Below are positions 7,007-9,449 of a stretch of DNA of 9,449 bases, piece after piece. Source of the stretch: Octopus sinensis (taxonomy: Eukaryota); assembly GCF_006345805.1 (NCBI RefSeq), contig NW_021827875.1:1-9449 (forward strand), in the 5' to 3' direction. The number at the start of each line of letters is the position of its first letter. The first letter of the stretch is position 1. Position numbers and translations under genes: made by a program. Under the pieces are notes generated by a model. It worked only from the letters and a program-made list of their open reading frames with translations, searched no databases and was not told the DNA's origin.

Positions 7007-7263
7007 TGCGCTTTCTACGTTAAAGCTCGGAAAACCCTATACAGTTCAACCTCCGCCCCAATAAAACCTTGGCCTTGGGGCACCTTCCACATTTGGGCCA
7101 CTTTTATTTATAAAGTCCATTTTATAGCAATTTATTTAATTTTCTACCAATAGAATACTAAATTAAAATATTATCGACCCCGCTTATTAGGGCATTTTTT
7201 AAAATAATTTTTGTTTTTGAACTTTTCAGGAATCTGAGACAAGATGAAATTTCAATTTCCGGA

Positions 7264-7410
7264 TTCGGCGATAAAATTGCTTTGAAGACGCATAACCGGA
7301 GGGAGGCGAGCTGGCTCTTCCAGCGCGTTTCGGTCTCTATTCTACGTCGGAACTGCCTCTCGATAAGTCGGACTGACCCCCGAGTCCCATATAGCTCTAT
7401 TAGTTTCTGA
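7264..7410 (+). mobile_element. CRE-clade retrotransposon, extreme C-terminus (further diverged copy)
   Basis: FGDKIALKTHNRREASWLFQRVSVSILRRNCLSISRTDPRVPYSSISF* carries the same terminal motif as 4066-4224 and 8761-9067. Confidence 0.8.
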
Positions 7411-7511
7411 TTTCATTTCTTTCTTTTTAACAATTGGTTACGAAAAATTAATGATGAAATGTTTTCACAAAATAGAAAAATTTTATTTTTCCTGATCTAC
7501 TCTTGTCATAG

Positions 7512-7941
7512 ATGTCTAAATTATTCAAATCTTACTTTCCTAAAATTTCCAAAGAATACATTCTTGAACTCCTTGATATGGGGATCGTCAATTTTTTTCA
7601 ACTATCTTTTTCAAATGTCCTATATGAAGAAATTTGTATTGGCGATCTTTATGAAAATTATTATGAGACATTATTGAATATAAATATGCGACAGTTATCA
7701 TATTTGTAGGATAAGTATGAAATCGAGTGAATTAAAAAAAATGATTTCGAAATTAATAAACATTCAATCTGAACTATTGGAGACTCATATTTCAAATGTT
7801 GTGAAAATAGAATTTGATGGAACTGAAAATGGCTCTAAATTATATGATAATGAATATAGTAAACATATGCAATTGTATTTTTTGGAAGGCTTTGACGTTA
7901 CGAAGAGGAGAAATTCTTCTATTAAAAAGCCTATATTATAA
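7512..7941 (+). other. Two adjacent unidentified ORFs in different frames; possible exons or a frameshifted relic
   Basis: Track ORFs 7512..7709 and 7717..7941 lie 7 nt apart, and the first starts right after the acceptor-like CTTGTCATAG. No family recognised. Confidence 0.2.
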
Positions 7942-8384
7942 CTGGGATGCAAGTTTTACAAAATTATAAGCGAACTTTTTACTTGCTCATGAAATATTAT
8001 AAACACAATTTTTTTGATAACAAGCACTACTGTTGAACTATTTTTTAAAATAATTTAGGAAGCTTAAATGTAAAGTAAACATGTGCGGTTGTTTTTTTTG
8101 AATAGCTTTTTTTACGATGCAAAAATAAATTCTCATGAGATTCAACGCCTACATTACTCATTGTTAAAACGGAACCAATTTTAACTAAGGTTAAACTATT
8201 TAATTAAGGCATTCACCCCTTATTGTTGGAAATCATTCTGTTAGATGTTATTATATGTTATATAGCTTCTATAGCTTTAAGTATCAAAATATCTAAAGTG
8301 CACTTTAATAGGTAAAAATTATTTTATCTCACTAAAAATTTCGGAAACAGACAACATGTCGGTATAAAATAAAAAATCATTAAA

Positions 8385-8695
8385 TTATACTACAACTTAT
8401 TCCATCAAAAAGCATATACAAAAACCGATTCCAAGGATAAAAAATTATACAGACTGTGTGTCTTTGATGCTTTGTTCAAATATGACCGGAAGTCATAAAT
8501 TAAAACCAGTTATGCTTTAGAAATTTTAACTATGGATTTGTAGTCTCATATTATAGCTCACAAAAGCTTGGATGACTGCATCTATATTTATTGATTGAAT
8601 TATCAGTTTTGATCTCTAGCTTAAAATTAAAAAGAAAATTTTATTTTTAATAGACCACTGTCCTGCACATTGTATCCCTCAAAATTAAATAATTG
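8385..8695 (+). mobile_element. Tigger/pogo transposase relic, copy 2, same family as copy 1 in inverted orientation
   Basis: LYYNL / PSKSIYKNRFQG*KII / TDCVSLMLCSNMTGSHKLKPVML / RNFNYGFVVSYYSSQK / AWMTASIFID*IISFDL*LKIKKKILFLIDHCPAH aligns segment by segment with copy 1. Confidence 0.88.
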
Positions 8696-8760
8696 AAGGC
8701 ACTGATATTTTCGATCCTTTAATGAGAAAACCTAAAATGGGCAAATAAAAAGGAATTAGG

Positions 8761-9121
8761 GATACTTTTTCTGAACTAAATCTTCCTCCTTCAGCTGTCG
8801 CAGCTGGCTCTGCTTCTCGCAGAGCAGAAGAATTAAAGATTTCAAAGTACAAACAATCTCTCGAACGCTATCTGTTTACCCCGATCGCCGTGGAGACCTC
8901 TGGCGTAATCGGTGACAGGTCACTCATTTTCCTCAAAAGCTGGGTCGTCTGATTCTTGCAAGAGAAACGACACGCGTGAGTGTGGATGGCTCCTTCAGAG
9001 GATTTCCCTTGCCATTGTACGTGGAAACTGTTTCTCCATCTACGAGGCGGGGAAGTCCTCTTGTTAACTCTCTTTTCTCTCTGTTTTCGTTTACAGTTAT
9101 TATTTTCAAAAAAAAAAAAAA
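8761..9121 (+). mobile_element. 5'-truncated CRE-clade retrotransposon 3' end with short UTR and poly-A tail
   Basis: DTFSELNLPPSAVAAGSASRRAEELKISKYKQSLERYLFTPIAVETSGVIGDRSLIFLK / KLGRLIL / DTRECGWLLQRISLAIVRGNCFSIYEAGKSSC*, stop at 9065-9067. A 40-nt pyrimidine-rich UTR and A14 at 9108-9121 follow. Confidence 0.9.
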
Positions 9122-9244
9122 TTAGGGATTAAATTTTATTTTAATTAAATTTAAACGTTTCTTTTTTAATTTTTGCGGGTTTTGATTTTTTTTTTAAATT
9201 GGCCATTTCTTAAATTGGCCATAAAATTTTCATCTTCTGTTTTT

Positions 9245-9448
9245 CTAATCTTTCTTAAAATATCGTAATATCAATAAACTCTTAATCTGAATGACCAGGG
9301 CGGTATATTTTAATAGGATTTTGTTTAAAACCTCCCAATATTCCTCTATTAGAATACTACTAAATCTATTTGTGGCATGTTTTATCATATGAGGTGCAGT
9401 AGACACAACATCCCTCATAGCAACAAAGTCCAGACCTTCCCTCGACAC
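9245..9448 (-). other. Open frame running off the window edge, unidentified
   Basis: Track ORF (V)SREGLDFVAMRDVVSTAPHMIKHATNRFSSILIEEYWEVLNKILLKY... No confident family match. Confidence 0.12.
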
Positions 9449-9449
9449 C

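Noticed and set aside
7040-7190. Tigger-like TIR starts TACAGTTCAACCTCC (about 7040) and TCGACCCCGCTTAT (about 7174)
   Set aside because: The resemblance is short, there is no inverted partner, and the first overlaps the possible Ig-like frame.
9194-9222. 13-bp direct repeat TTAAATTGGCCAT x2
   Set aside because: Real but probably local slippage in low-complexity DNA. It does not bracket any element as a TSD.
9245-9448. P-element/THAP9-like PH..K..N motif in the edge ORF
   Set aside because: STAPHMIKHATN lacks the conserved Asp and Arg of D-x-P-H-L-x-K-x-x-R-N, and the ORF is cut by the window edge.
1-9449. Non-standard genetic code (stop-codon reassignment)
   Set aside because: In-frame stops fall where different residues are expected: TAG for Glu/Ala (1318) and Trp (5282), TGA for Gly (3811) and perhaps Cys (1495), TAA for Tyr (8438). 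Each is about one substitution from the expected codon and they co-occur with frameshifts, so this is decay.
1-9449. CRISPR array, rRNA, tRNA or operon-like prokaryotic system
   Set aside because: I saw no regularly spaced repeats, no recognisable structural RNA and no intact co-oriented ORFs. The content is eukaryotic TE and intron-containing gene debris.

Overview
AT-rich eukaryotic DNA, most likely from an animal, made up mainly of decayed transposable elements mixed with broken host-gene pieces. I can support no intact full-length gene. I recognised these by manual translation across frameshifts: five CRE-clade non-LTR retrotransposon fragments (two RT, three C-terminal, one with a poly-A tail), two R4/Dong-like RLE retroelement fragments, two Tigger/pogo transposase relics in opposite orientation, and one IS630/Tc1 transposase relic. 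A ~330-bp APE-type LINE derivative sits inside the first Tigger copy. The host-like pieces, all on the minus strand, are an EGF-repeat relic, an EGFR/insulin-receptor-type L-domain gene with two in-frame TGAs, and weaker unidentified exons. Several reading frames are restored by 18-31 nt GT-AG introns, which suggests a compact-intron lineage. There are no prokaryotic features, RNA genes or CRISPR arrays. I found no clear new biological system. The best leads are the 5'-end-plus-tail mini-LINE, the tiny introns, the repeated EGF Cys4-to-Tyr change and the density of CRE fragments. All family assignments rest on remembered motifs, not on searches.
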